A DNA stretch of 64,000 nucleotides, from contig JBBTUG010000012.1 of the NCBI GenBank assembly GCA_038063895.1, forward strand, positions 78,165 through 142,164, given 5' to 3'. Positions 48,525-56,958 of this stretch are shown one piece after another. The position numbers and the translations under genes were made by a program. Origin of the DNA: Patescibacteria group bacterium (lineage in GTDB: Bacteria; Patescibacteriota; WWE3; JAMCXX01; JBBTUG01). Under the pieces are notes generated by a model. That model was not told the DNA's origin, made no database searches, and saw only the letters and a program-made list of their open reading frames with translations. How positions within the stretch are numbered: position 1 is the stretch's first letter; each line of letters begins with the position of its first letter.

Positions 48525-49163
48525 CTAGCTAACCTGACTCCATCGGTTATTCTTAAATAAAGAAACAACCTTGCCGATTAGTTTCATTTCCTCGGTTATG
48601 GGAATTATTGGATAGTTCGGGTTCTCCGGTTTTAAGTAAACGTATGGTGGCGTGTCCGTGGAAACAAAACGTTTAATGGTGGTTTCTCCATTTATATCCG
48701 CCAAGACCACGTTCCCCGAAACAAATTCCTTGTCCGCTTTTACTAGAACCAAATCTTCATCTTCTATCCCCGCGTTAATCATGGAATCTCCATGAACTTT
48801 TAGAACAAAAACTTCGTCGTCGAGCTGTTCTAAGTCGTTAGAGACCTTCCGCCAGTTTCCGGATATTTCTATTGCTTCCGCTGGTTTACCTGCCGTTGTG
48901 GTTCCAAAAATCGGAACTAGAGATGGACGGGAAAGCTCTTTATACCCTAATGGTAAGACGGTAACACCTCTGGCGGTGGCTTCGTTCCTCTTTATTAATT
49001 TATGGTTCTCCAATTTGGACAGTAGATCAAGGATAGATTGATTTGAGGAAACATTGAGTTTATCTTTCATTTCTTCGAAAGTTGGGGGATAACCGGTAAC
49101 ATCAATAAAGTTGTATATCACCTCAAGAAGCTCTCTTTGTCTTTTTGTGACAGCCTTTTTCAT
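48525..49163 (-). CDS. lexA: LexA repressor (S24 peptidase with N-terminal wHTH)
   Basis: N-terminal LexA DNA-binding domain (KRQRELLEVIYNFIDVTGYPPTFEEM...), Ser-Lys dyad region (VHGDSMINAGIEDEDLVLVK...TIKRF). Confidence 0.85.
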   Translation of the reverse strand: MKKAVTKRQRELLEVIYNFIDVTGYPPTFEEMKDKLNVSSNQSILDLLSKLENHKLIKRNEATARGVTVLPLGYKELSRPSLVPIFGTTTAGKPAEAIEISGNWRKVSNDLEQLDDEVFVLKVHGDSMINAGIEDEDLVLVKADKEFVSGNVVLADINGETTIKRFVSTDTPPYVYLKPENPNYPIIPITEEMKLIGKVVSLFKNNRWSQVS

Positions 49164-49411
49164 ACACTAGTATGTTACCCGACTGTTTAGTCAGTTGTCA
49201 ATAGGTGATGTTCACGAAGAAGGGATGTGGCGATTAACATAAAGATAAAACCTAAACTAAAAAAAGCAGAAAGCTGGCGGCGGGTAAGGTTTTATAAGGT
49301 GCGAAGTCACGTTTACCGTGACGAAGATGTCTTAGATAATTCCAAGACGATTGTCCCACCGCCAACTTTCTGCCTTTCAATAATTAGTACCCTATCTTAC
49401 CATTTTAACAC

Positions 49412-49472
49412 AAATGTCCTATAATGTCAACTATAAGGGTATATTAGGAGTGGGGTTAAACTGTGATAAAAT
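49412..49472 (+). promoter_or_regulatory. Candidate promoter(s) for tRNA-Cys
   Basis: TTACCA-17 nt-TATAAT at about 49398-49426, and an extended -10 TGtGATAAAAT about 15 nt upstream of the tRNA 5' end. Confidence 0.4.
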
Positions 49473-49485
49473 GGAAATTGAAAGG

Positions 49486-49560
49486 GGCGCGGTGGCGAAG
49501 TGGAAACGCTGGAGTCTGCAAAACTTCGATGCGAGGGTTCGATTCCCTCCCGCGCCTCCA
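49486..49560 (+). tRNA. tRNA-Cys(GCA) with encoded CCA
   Basis: Acceptor GGCGCGG/CCGCGCC, U8, D-loop with GG, anticodon stem ggagt/acttc, loop cU-GCA-aa, T-arm gaggg-TTCGATT-ccctc, discriminator U, CCA. Confidence 0.9.
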
Positions 49561-49570
49561 TCGGAAAAAC

Positions 49571-50086
49571 TTACCTCTTAACTTTAAAAAACCTTTTCTG
49601 GTTTTTCGATGGCGACTCGGGGCCGGGGGAAGCTTGTTTCTTTATTTGATTAGTCACTGCCTCAGTCACTTCTTCAATTCCCTTGGCGACTTTTTCTCTG
49701 CCGGCGGTAAACGCTTTGCTGATCTCCCCAGTCACCGGTTCGGAAAATTCCGTAACCTCCTCAACCACCGAACCGACAGTTGCTTCAATTTTCTCTTTCA
49801 GCGGAGCGAGCTCTTCCTGCACCCGTTCAAAAACCGGGGCCACGGTTTCTTTAAGCTCGGTCACTAAGGGTTCTAAGTCTTCTTTGATTTGGCCATATGC
49901 GTCGTCAAACTGTTCTTTCACTTCACCGTACTTTTCTTTTAGTTCCTTACCCTTAATTTTAAGTCTTTTCCGAGTCCGCTCGCCGTTGTCCGGGGCGAAC
50001 AAAACCCCGAGTACCGCTCCAAGCGACGCTCCTAAAATAATTCCGAAAAGAAACTTGCCGCCTTTCTTACAATTATTTTGGCACAT
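49571..50086 (-). CDS. YtxH-like (DUF948) membrane-anchored protein
   Basis: N-terminal FLFGIILGASLGAVLGVLFAPDNGERTRKRL followed by a Glu/Lys-rich helical region. Confidence 0.6.
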   Translation of the reverse strand: MCQNNCKKGGKFLFGIILGASLGAVLGVLFAPDNGERTRKRLKIKGKELKEKYGEVKEQFDDAYGQIKEDLEPLVTELKETVAPVFERVQEELAPLKEKIEATVGSVVEEVTEFSEPVTGEISKAFTAGREKVAKGIEEVTEAVTNQIKKQASPGPESPSKNQKRFFKVKR

Positions 50087-50088
50087 CT

Positions 50089-50421
50089 TTATTCCTCCTC
50101 CTCACTGCCTTTTTTAACCATCTTCTTAATATTCTTTACGGCCTGAAAAATTTTTAGCCCTTCGGTAAACCCTTCCACTGCTCCGGAAAGGCCGACGATC
50201 GGGCGAGCAACAGCCGCGGACAATTCGCTGACGGTATCAAGAATCCGGTTGACTTTTAAAACCGAACCCCGGACCTCTTTTAAAACCAGAACGATGTAGA
50301 CCCCGACAAAAAGGACATTAATAGTTAACAGAAGGAGAATTAATACGAGCAGTGTTTGGGTATCCATCTCGGGCAGTTTTCCTCTCAGAAGAAGTATCCC
50401 ATGAGGAGTTCGGGGTGTCAA
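50089..50421 (-). CDS. Small TM protein, YtxG/DUF948-like (likely start at the internal Met, MDTQTLL)
   Basis: TM helix LLVLILLLLTINVLFVGVYIVLVL. Confidence 0.5.
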   Translation of the reverse strand: MTPRTPHGILLLRGKLPEMDTQTLLVLILLLLTINVLFVGVYIVLVLKEVRGSVLKVNRILDTVSELSAAVARPIVGLSGAVEGFTEGLKIFQAVKNIKKMVKKGSEEEE

Positions 50422-50437
50422 TTAACCGATAAAAAAA

Positions 50438-51385
50438 TTAGGGAAAGTTTTTATAGACGACTTGACCTTCCTCGCCCAAGGGTCCGAGATCCTTGCCGTT
50501 GACGACCGCCCTGACCGAACCGCCGTTGCCGGCCCGCACCCGGATTGAATTCCGGGAACGGAAGGTTTTCTCAAATCCGGAAAGCGCCAGCCCTTTGTAA
50601 AGAGTGGTTTCGCCTTCGGTTATATCCAGCCAGGAGGCCTGCGGACCGATCTTTAAAATTACTTCTGATCCGTAAATCTCAGGAGCCGCCGGAGAACTGG
50701 CCTCCTTCGTTAACGCGGTCTCGCTTTGCCCGGAGCCTGACGTGCCTTCTTCCACGATAATCGTCCGGGTGATTTTTCGCTCTTTCCCGAGTTTATTAAC
50801 CGCCAGAAAATTGATGACATTAACTCCGGGCGAAAGACTAAGCGTTTCCGCAAACTGACCATTTTCCCCCAGGCTTATTTTTTGGCCGTTGATACTAAGA
50901 ACTGCATCCCGGTCGGCCTTTCCGGAAACCCGCAAAGTTGACGAAGAAGTTTTAAGATCAGTAGCGAGGCCATCAAGATTTAAAAGCGGCGCTTCGGCAA
51001 AAGAGCGGTAGGCGAAAGCCAGATAGAGAAAAAAAGCCAAGACTAAAACCACCGTAAAGACGCCCACGACAATTCCGGGGGTAATCGAAAAGGGAGAAGA
51101 TAAGGGGCTGATTTCCAGAGTCCTTTTTTTCCCTTTTTCCTCATCGTATTCCCGCCGCCAAAAGGCGAGAATCTGTTCGACGTTCAGCCCTAGGTACTCC
51201 GCATAATTTTTTAGAAAGCCTTTTAGGTGAACTGGGGAGGAAAAAATTTCGTAAGTTCCCTCTTCCAGTGCCTGCAAAAAACGAGGGTGGATTTTCAAAT
51301 CTTGCTGCGCCTGTTCGAGAGTTAAACCTTTCTGCTCCCGGACTTTTTTTAAGATGGAGGCGACGGTCCGCATATTAGAAACCAT
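50438..51385 (-). CDS. rodZ: RodZ-like cytoskeleton protein (XRE-type HTH + TM + C-terminal DUF4115-like domain)
   Basis: HTH LKKVREQKGLTLEQAQQDLKI, TM IVVGVFTVVLVLAFFLYLAF, C-terminal beta-rich domain. Confidence 0.65.
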   Translation of the reverse strand: MVSNMRTVASILKKVREQKGLTLEQAQQDLKIHPRFLQALEEGTYEIFSSPVHLKGFLKNYAEYLGLNVEQILAFWRREYDEEKGKKRTLEISPLSSPFSITPGIVVGVFTVVLVLAFFLYLAFAYRSFAEAPLLNLDGLATDLKTSSSTLRVSGKADRDAVLSINGQKISLGENGQFAETLSLSPGVNVINFLAVNKLGKERKITRTIIVEEGTSGSGQSETALTKEASSPAAPEIYGSEVILKIGPQASWLDITEGETTLYKGLALSGFEKTFRSRNSIRVRAGNGGSVRAVVNGKDLGPLGEEGQVVYKNFP

Positions 51386-51398
51386 AATTTATTTCCAT

Positions 51399-53669
51399 TT
51401 AGGAAGGAAAATCTTCTTCAATCCCGTCCGGGGAAGTTGGAGGGGTGGCCTCCGGCTGTTGGGCGCTGCTCTTTCCTAGTACCTGCTCCGGATCGTGGAT
51501 CAGGACATCGCGGGGCTTGGCGCCCTCCCCCGGACTGACAATCCCCCGCGCCTCGAGCTCATCTATCAACCTTGCCGCTCGGGCGTAACCGACCCGGAGT
51601 CGGCGCTGGAAAAGAGAAGCCGAAGCTTTCCCTTCCTGGCAAACCGTCCGGACGGCTTCGGCGAAAAGTTCGTCTTCGCCGCCGCCTTCATGGGTATTTT
51701 TTATCGGAGCGACATCAGTAATCTCCTCCTGGTATTGCGGGGTGAAGTTGCTTTGCTTTAGAAAATCGATTAATTTTTTCAACTCCCCCGGCGACACATA
51801 AACGCCCTGCAACCGTTTCGGCTTACTCGCTTCCGGCGGGACATAAAGCATATCCCCCCGGCCCAAAAGCTTTTCGGAACCGGCCTGGTCGATAATTACC
51901 CGGGAGTCGATTTGGCTGACGGTATTAAAAGCAATCCGGCAGGGAATATTCGCTTTAATAAGTCCGGTAATAACCCGGACATCCGGGCGCTGGGTCGACA
52001 AGATTAAATGAATCCCCGTCGCACGGGATAGTTGGGCCAGGCGGCAGATGGCTTTTTCCGCCTCGACCGGAGCCAGCGCCATCATATCCGCCAGCTCATC
52101 GACCATGATAATGACGTAGGGCAAAGCTTGGAAACCGGACAACTCATTATAACCGCCCAAATCGCGGACCTTGGCGCTTTGAAAGAGCCGGTACCGTCGG
52201 TCCATCTCCCCAATCGCCCACTTTAAAGCCGCCAGAACTTTCTCCGGATCGTTAATCACCGGAGTTAAAAGATGCGGGATCCCGTTGTACTCCGAAAGTT
52301 CCACCCGCTTGGTGTCGACAAGAATTAATTTGACCTCGGAGGGCGAGGCGCGGAAGAGAAGGCTGGATAAAAAAGCGTGCATCATCGTACTTTTACCGGA
52401 ACCGGTAGCACCGGCAACAAGAGCGTGAGGCATCCGGCCGATATCTGCCACAAAAGCATCCCCGGCGACATCCTGACCTAAAGCGACCGTCAGTTTCGAT
52501 TTTGAATTCTTCATCGGAGCGGAGGACAAAATACTTTTTAACGTGACTACGGAGGAAGATATATTCGGAACCTCAATCCCAATCAAGGACTTTCCCGGAA
52601 TCGGAGCTTCAATCCTGACAGAGCCGGTGGGAGAAGCCAAAGCCAGCGCCAAATCATTCTGCAGGCTTTTTATCTGGATAATTTTTGTCCCTTGGGCCGA
52701 TTCCAACGCGTACTGGGTTACCGCCGGACCTTTGTTTATCTCCACCACCTTCGCCCGGATCCCGAAAGAATCGAGCGCCTGTTCGATTAAAGCCGCGTTT
52801 TGGTTGGTATCACCCCGGTTGGCGTCAGCCCCAACGGCCTCGGAAAGAAGGGATAAGGGCGGGTATTCCCAAACCTCCGCCAGCTCGGGAATCTTCGGTC
52901 CGGTTTTTTTCTCTCTCGGAACAACCGGCACCGGCAGGAGGCTTTCTGCAGTTACCGGTTCCGCCGGCAAAGGCAGAATCTCGAGGGCATTTTCCTTTTT
53001 CCCTTCGGTTTTTTTCGGTTCCGGTTTTTCCGCCCGGGCCGGCTCCTCTTCCTCCCACGTTTCTTCAGTTTTTATTGCTACTCTTTTCGGCAGACGAAGA
53101 CCTTGTTGGGGAAGGAAGCCTGAAACCAGAGTCGTAACCCGGAGGGCTATATTCGAAAAAAAGAGAAATATTTTGTCCAGTGGAGTATTAAAAGTCACCA
53201 CCCAGGAAAAGGCCAGACCGGCAATGGCAATAAAAAAAGCGCCAAGACTGGAAAAGTACCGGCGGAGAGAACTAGAAAGCATAAACCCAAAGTAGCCGCC
53301 GCCCTGACCCAAAGCTGCGGCCTCCTTAGCCCGCTCCAAAGGGATAAAAAGATGCGCCAGACTGACAAAGGAAAGGGTAAAAATCAGCAGACCCAAAAGA
53401 TGGTTGAGGCGGAGACCCGGCAAACGGAAAGATCTCATCAGCAGAAGTCCGGAAAGACCTAAAAGGGGCGGGACGAGAAAAATTCCCAAACCGAAAAAGG
53501 AATTTAGGGCGTCCTGGAGACGGTTATTAAATTCCGCGGCCTGCGCAAAAAAAGAAATTAAGGTTAATACGGAAAGCAAAAGCAGCGTAATCGACGTTAA
53601 AGAAAGAATACTTTCCGGAGAAATTTTCAGCTTAAAATGACGGTAACCACGGCGGCGACGGGCAACCAT
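51399..53669 (-). CDS. ftsK: DNA translocase FtsK/SpoIIIE
   Basis: N-terminal TM segments; Walker A AGATGSGKST; gamma domain wHTH at the C-terminus. Confidence 0.9.
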   Translation of the reverse strand: MVARRRRGYRHFKLKISPESILSLTSITLLLLSVLTLISFFAQAAEFNNRLQDALNSFFGLGIFLVPPLLGLSGLLLMRSFRLPGLRLNHLLGLLIFTLSFVSLAHLFIPLERAKEAAALGQGGGYFGFMLSSSLRRYFSSLGAFFIAIAGLAFSWVVTFNTPLDKIFLFFSNIALRVTTLVSGFLPQQGLRLPKRVAIKTEETWEEEEPARAEKPEPKKTEGKKENALEILPLPAEPVTAESLLPVPVVPREKKTGPKIPELAEVWEYPPLSLLSEAVGADANRGDTNQNAALIEQALDSFGIRAKVVEINKGPAVTQYALESAQGTKIIQIKSLQNDLALALASPTGSVRIEAPIPGKSLIGIEVPNISSSVVTLKSILSSAPMKNSKSKLTVALGQDVAGDAFVADIGRMPHALVAGATGSGKSTMMHAFLSSLLFRASPSEVKLILVDTKRVELSEYNGIPHLLTPVINDPEKVLAALKWAIGEMDRRYRLFQSAKVRDLGGYNELSGFQALPYVIIMVDELADMMALAPVEAEKAICRLAQLSRATGIHLILSTQRPDVRVITGLIKANIPCRIAFNTVSQIDSRVIIDQAGSEKLLGRGDMLYVPPEASKPKRLQGVYVSPGELKKLIDFLKQSNFTPQYQEEITDVAPIKNTHEGGGEDELFAEAVRTVCQEGKASASLFQRRLRVGYARAARLIDELEARGIVSPGEGAKPRDVLIHDPEQVLGKSSAQQPEATPPTSPDGIEEDFPS

Positions 53670-53710
53670 AACACGGGTATTATCACATACTCAGACAGAG
53701 GAGGCAAAAG

Positions 53711-55420
53711 TTAAATATCTAGAATAACCGGAAGGACTAAAGGGTGGCGGAGGGTTTGGCGGGAAACAAATTTCATCAATTCTTTCCGCAGACAGCGGAT
53801 AGCTTCCGTCCGGTTGCTCCTGACTAACGGTTCGTTCTCCGCAAAAAAACGCTTAACTTCTGTTTCCACTTTCGCGAAAAGAGCCTCCCCGCGGTCTTCC
53901 TGGGTAAAACCACGGCTTAAGGCTTCGACTTTAACCGGAGTGAACCCGTCTTTGAGAACCACCGAAACGACCAACACGCCGTCATTAGCTAAGAGCTGAC
54001 GGTCCCGCATAATTTTTCCGCCCAAGTCCTCAACCCCGGAGCTGTCAACGTAGACGCCGGTTAACGGAATTTTTTCTCCCCGCAAGGCTTTCTGCCCGGA
54101 CGTAAAGCGCAAAAATTGACCCGCCTCCATCTTAAAAACATCTTCGGGATGGACCCCTAACGGCTCAACCATCTTCGTGTACGCCTGAGCATGGCGTAAG
54201 GTGCCCCCGATCGGAATAAAGTAGCGGGGGGAAAGCAACGAGGCCAGCATTAATAAGTCGCCGCGGGAACCGTGACCGGAAGTATGCAAATTTTCCTGGG
54301 TGTCGTAGTAATAAACATCCGCCCCCAATCCGGTTAACCGGTCAACTAGACTATCAACGTGCTCTTTGGCGCCGGGAGGGGCCGGGTCGCCGGAAAAAAC
54401 CACCGAGGCTCCGGGAAGGATGGAAACGAAGCGGTAATCACGGCGGGCTAACTTTGCTAAAACCGAGTTAGGCTGGCCGTAGCAGCCGGTCACGATATAA
54501 AGAATCTGGGATTGCGGAAAATCCATTGCTTGTTCCGCCTTGATCCAGGTTTTCTTCACCAAATGCAGATAACCGAGGCGTCCGGCCACCAGCGTATTCC
54601 GCTCAATCGAGCGGCCGAGGAAGCAAACCCGACGGCCAAGTTTTTCGGCGACGTTGATCGCCTGCTGCATCCGAGAAATATTGGAAGAGATGGTCGTTAA
54701 AAATATCTGCCGTTTGGCTTGGGAAAATATATTGAAAAATTCGCCGCCGATTTCCATCTCGGAACGGGTGTAGCCGTCGGTCGAGGCTCCGAGCGAGTCC
54801 GTAAAAAGGGCTAGGGGGCGGCCGTCGGCCAGGGTTAACATCCGGGCCACATCAAACGGCTTATCCATCACCGGGGTCCAGTCGAATTTAAAATCGGCGA
54901 CGTGGAAAATTTTTCCCACCGGCGTTTCGATGCACAGCGCCGTCGAATCCGGCACAGAATGATTAATCCGGAAGGGACTAATCTTAAAAGGCCCTAGGGT
55001 TACGGAGTCTTTTTCAGGATCGAGCACCCGGATATCGCGGTCGTGCAAATTAAAATCCTCCAATTTAGCTTTAATAAATCCGGCAACGAGTTTTGAAGCA
55101 TAGACGGGAACGTGTAAATCTTCGAGAAAATAAGGCAGGGCGCCGAAGTGGTCTTCGTGGCCGTGAGTTATTACAACTCCTAAAACATTATTGCGCCGCT
55201 CAAACAGATAGGAGAAATCGGGGAGGACAATTTCGACGCCGGGCATATCCGAATCAGGAAAATCGATCCCACAATCAACGACGAGAATCTGCCCGTTGTA
55301 TTCGTACAGGTGCATATTTTTATTTACGTCGCCCGCCCCGCCCAAAGAGAGGTAACGTAGCTCATTCGCCGGATAAGTTTTGTGTTTCTTTTCTTTAAAT
55401 TGCATAACTATAACCCGCAT
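53711..55420 (-). CDS. rnj: Ribonuclease J (metallo-beta-lactamase / beta-CASP)
   Basis: VVITHGHEDHFGALPYF. Confidence 0.85.
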   Translation of the reverse strand: MRVIVMQFKEKKHKTYPANELRYLSLGGAGDVNKNMHLYEYNGQILVVDCGIDFPDSDMPGVEIVLPDFSYLFERRNNVLGVVITHGHEDHFGALPYFLEDLHVPVYASKLVAGFIKAKLEDFNLHDRDIRVLDPEKDSVTLGPFKISPFRINHSVPDSTALCIETPVGKIFHVADFKFDWTPVMDKPFDVARMLTLADGRPLALFTDSLGASTDGYTRSEMEIGGEFFNIFSQAKRQIFLTTISSNISRMQQAINVAEKLGRRVCFLGRSIERNTLVAGRLGYLHLVKKTWIKAEQAMDFPQSQILYIVTGCYGQPNSVLAKLARRDYRFVSILPGASVVFSGDPAPPGAKEHVDSLVDRLTGLGADVYYYDTQENLHTSGHGSRGDLLMLASLLSPRYFIPIGGTLRHAQAYTKMVEPLGVHPEDVFKMEAGQFLRFTSGQKALRGEKIPLTGVYVDSSGVEDLGGKIMRDRQLLANDGVLVVSVVLKDGFTPVKVEALSRGFTQEDRGEALFAKVETEVKRFFAENEPLVRSNRTEAIRCLRKELMKFVSRQTLRHPLVLPVILDI

Positions 55421-55423
55421 CTA

Positions 55424-56041
55424 TCATATCAAACTCATCTGATTCTCGTCGTCTTTTTTCTTCCCTACGACTTTCATCTCACTCTTATCCATCTTCAAAA
55501 TCGCAGGGATTCGGCGGAACTCGGCCTTAAGCTGGAGCAGAACCTTTTCCGACCGAAGCGCGGCCGCCGGGTGATAAAGCGGATAAATTATTTTTCCGGA
55601 CACATAAAACGGTTTGCCGTGGTCGCGGGAAATTTTGCCGTCAGGCAGAAAATGTTCGAGAGCATAACGGCCGAGGGGGATAATCATCTTCGGGCCGATG
55701 GCCTTCAGCTGCTCGATTAAAAAAGCTTTACAGGTCCGGACTTCATCCACCATCGGATTGCGGTTTTCCGGAGGCCGGCATTTAACTACGTTGCTGATCC
55801 AAACTTTTTCCCGCCGGGTTCCGATCGAACGCAGCAGCATCTCCAAAAGATCCCCCGCCCGGCCGACGAAGGGTTTGCCTTGCTGATCTTCGTTGTAGCC
55901 CGGACCCTCACCAACAAAACAAATCTGGGCGTTCGAGTCGCCGACGCCCGGAACAGCGTAGTGTCGGGTCCGGTAAAGGCGGCAAAGTTTGCAGCGAATT
56001 ATTTGGCGGGCAAGCTGTTCCAGCAGTTTCTCTTTATGCAT
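55424..56041 (-). CDS. Uracil-DNA glycosylase, family 4
   Basis: CKLCRL...AQICFVGEGPGYNEDQQGKPFVGRAGDLL. Confidence 0.85.
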   Translation of the reverse strand: MHKEKLLEQLARQIIRCKLCRLYRTRHYAVPGVGDSNAQICFVGEGPGYNEDQQGKPFVGRAGDLLEMLLRSIGTRREKVWISNVVKCRPPENRNPMVDEVRTCKAFLIEQLKAIGPKMIIPLGRYALEHFLPDGKISRDHGKPFYVSGKIIYPLYHPAAALRSEKVLLQLKAEFRRIPAILKMDKSEMKVVGKKKDDENQMSLI

Positions 56042-56110
56042 TTGGAAAAAGTTTCTTCAGCGATTCAACAAGGAGGATAGCACAGATGAAAAAAGTTAAA
56101 AAGGCAGAAA
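55975..56110. repeat. Direct repeat copy R1 (~135 bp; UDG 5' end plus upstream region), about 85% identical to 58405..58540
   Basis: ttgcatttggaaaaagttt(ct/aa)tcagcgattcaa(c/g)aaggag(g/a)atagcacag is shared nearly exactly; similarity extends into the first ~25 UDG codons. Confidence 0.8.
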
Positions 56111-56127
56111 AGTGGAAAAGGTAACTT

Positions 56128-56958
56128 CTACAGCCTATGCAGTATCCGGTCACACTCCCCAACACCAACCTCTTGACCGTGCTCGGTCAATAAAGCTTGT
56201 TCCGTAAGACACTCTAATACGGGATAGTAGAAGTGAACGTCCGGTTCCCATTCTTTGTTAGTTAAGACCAAGTCGTAGAGATTGATTAAGGCGGTGTACT
56301 CTTGGGGAAAGAGGTGGTTGACCTTAACCGGCGAGGCTCCGTCCAATTTCCAAACATCCTTCCAGCGGAGAAGATCCCGCTCCATTTTACCGTTACCGGA
56401 AAGGGAGTACTCATGAACGATCTCCTCTTTTATATCACCGTCTAAATCCCGGATTTCGATTTTATTGCTGTTCTCGATCAGCTTTAGGATCAGCTTGAAC
56501 CGCCCCTTCCCGTACGAGTAAAGATAAAAAGGATGAACCCCGGCGGTCCCGGTATTGGCGTACTGGACCAAGAAATAACTATCCCCACCGGTGCTGCTAC
56601 CGCCGAGGTTGTCAAACCGAAACCAGTCAAGGTATTCTCCGGGCACGGGAAAGTAGTTGTCTCTTAGATAAGGCTTACCCTCGGGCAACCATTCGATAAA
56701 ATTATTTTGATAGTCGATCAGGGCTAGTCCGGACAGGTTGGCAATAAGATTATAGACGGAGGCGACTTGCCGGTTCTCACCGAGATTGCTAGTCATTTCG
56801 ATACTTAACGATTTGGCCGGATAATTTCGCAGCAAAAGGTAGCGGCGCGTATCTTCAATTCCTAAAACCTTTCGCTGTGAACGTTCTTTAAGCGCCCAGA
56901 CAGTTACCGCTAACACCAACAGGGCCAGGCTTAAATAAATTATTTTCCTTCTGCCCAT
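56128..56958 (-). CDS. Membrane-anchored FG-GAP-like protein, paralogous in architecture to 1995..2618; partner of the upstream lysozyme-like gene
   Basis: N-terminal anchor IIYLSLALLVLAVTVWAL; IRDLDGDIKEEIVHEYSL FG-GAP-like motif; 19-nt overlap with the upstream gene. Confidence 0.6.
   Translation of the reverse strand: MGRRKIIYLSLALLVLAVTVWALKERSQRKVLGIEDTRRYLLLRNYPAKSLSIEMTSNLGENRQVASVYNLIANLSGLALIDYQNNFIEWLPEGKPYLRDNYFPVPGEYLDWFRFDNLGGSSTGGDSYFLVQYANTGTAGVHPFYLYSYGKGRFKLILKLIENSNKIEIRDLDGDIKEEIVHEYSLSGNGKMERDLLRWKDVWKLDGASPVKVNHLFPQEYTALINLYDLVLTNKEWEPDVHFYYPVLECLTEQALLTEHGQEVGVGECDRILHRL

Noticed and set aside
49164-49230. Search for a LexA/SOS box upstream of lexA
   Set aside because: Only loose palindromes (ACTG-N6-CAGT) were found, with no match to the CTGT-N8-ACAG or GAAC-N4-GTTC consensus, so no operator is called.
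49463-49867. 134-aa plus-strand ORF
   Set aside because: It overlaps the tRNA-Cys gene and is antisense to the ytxH-like gene, with no motif; a spurious ORF.
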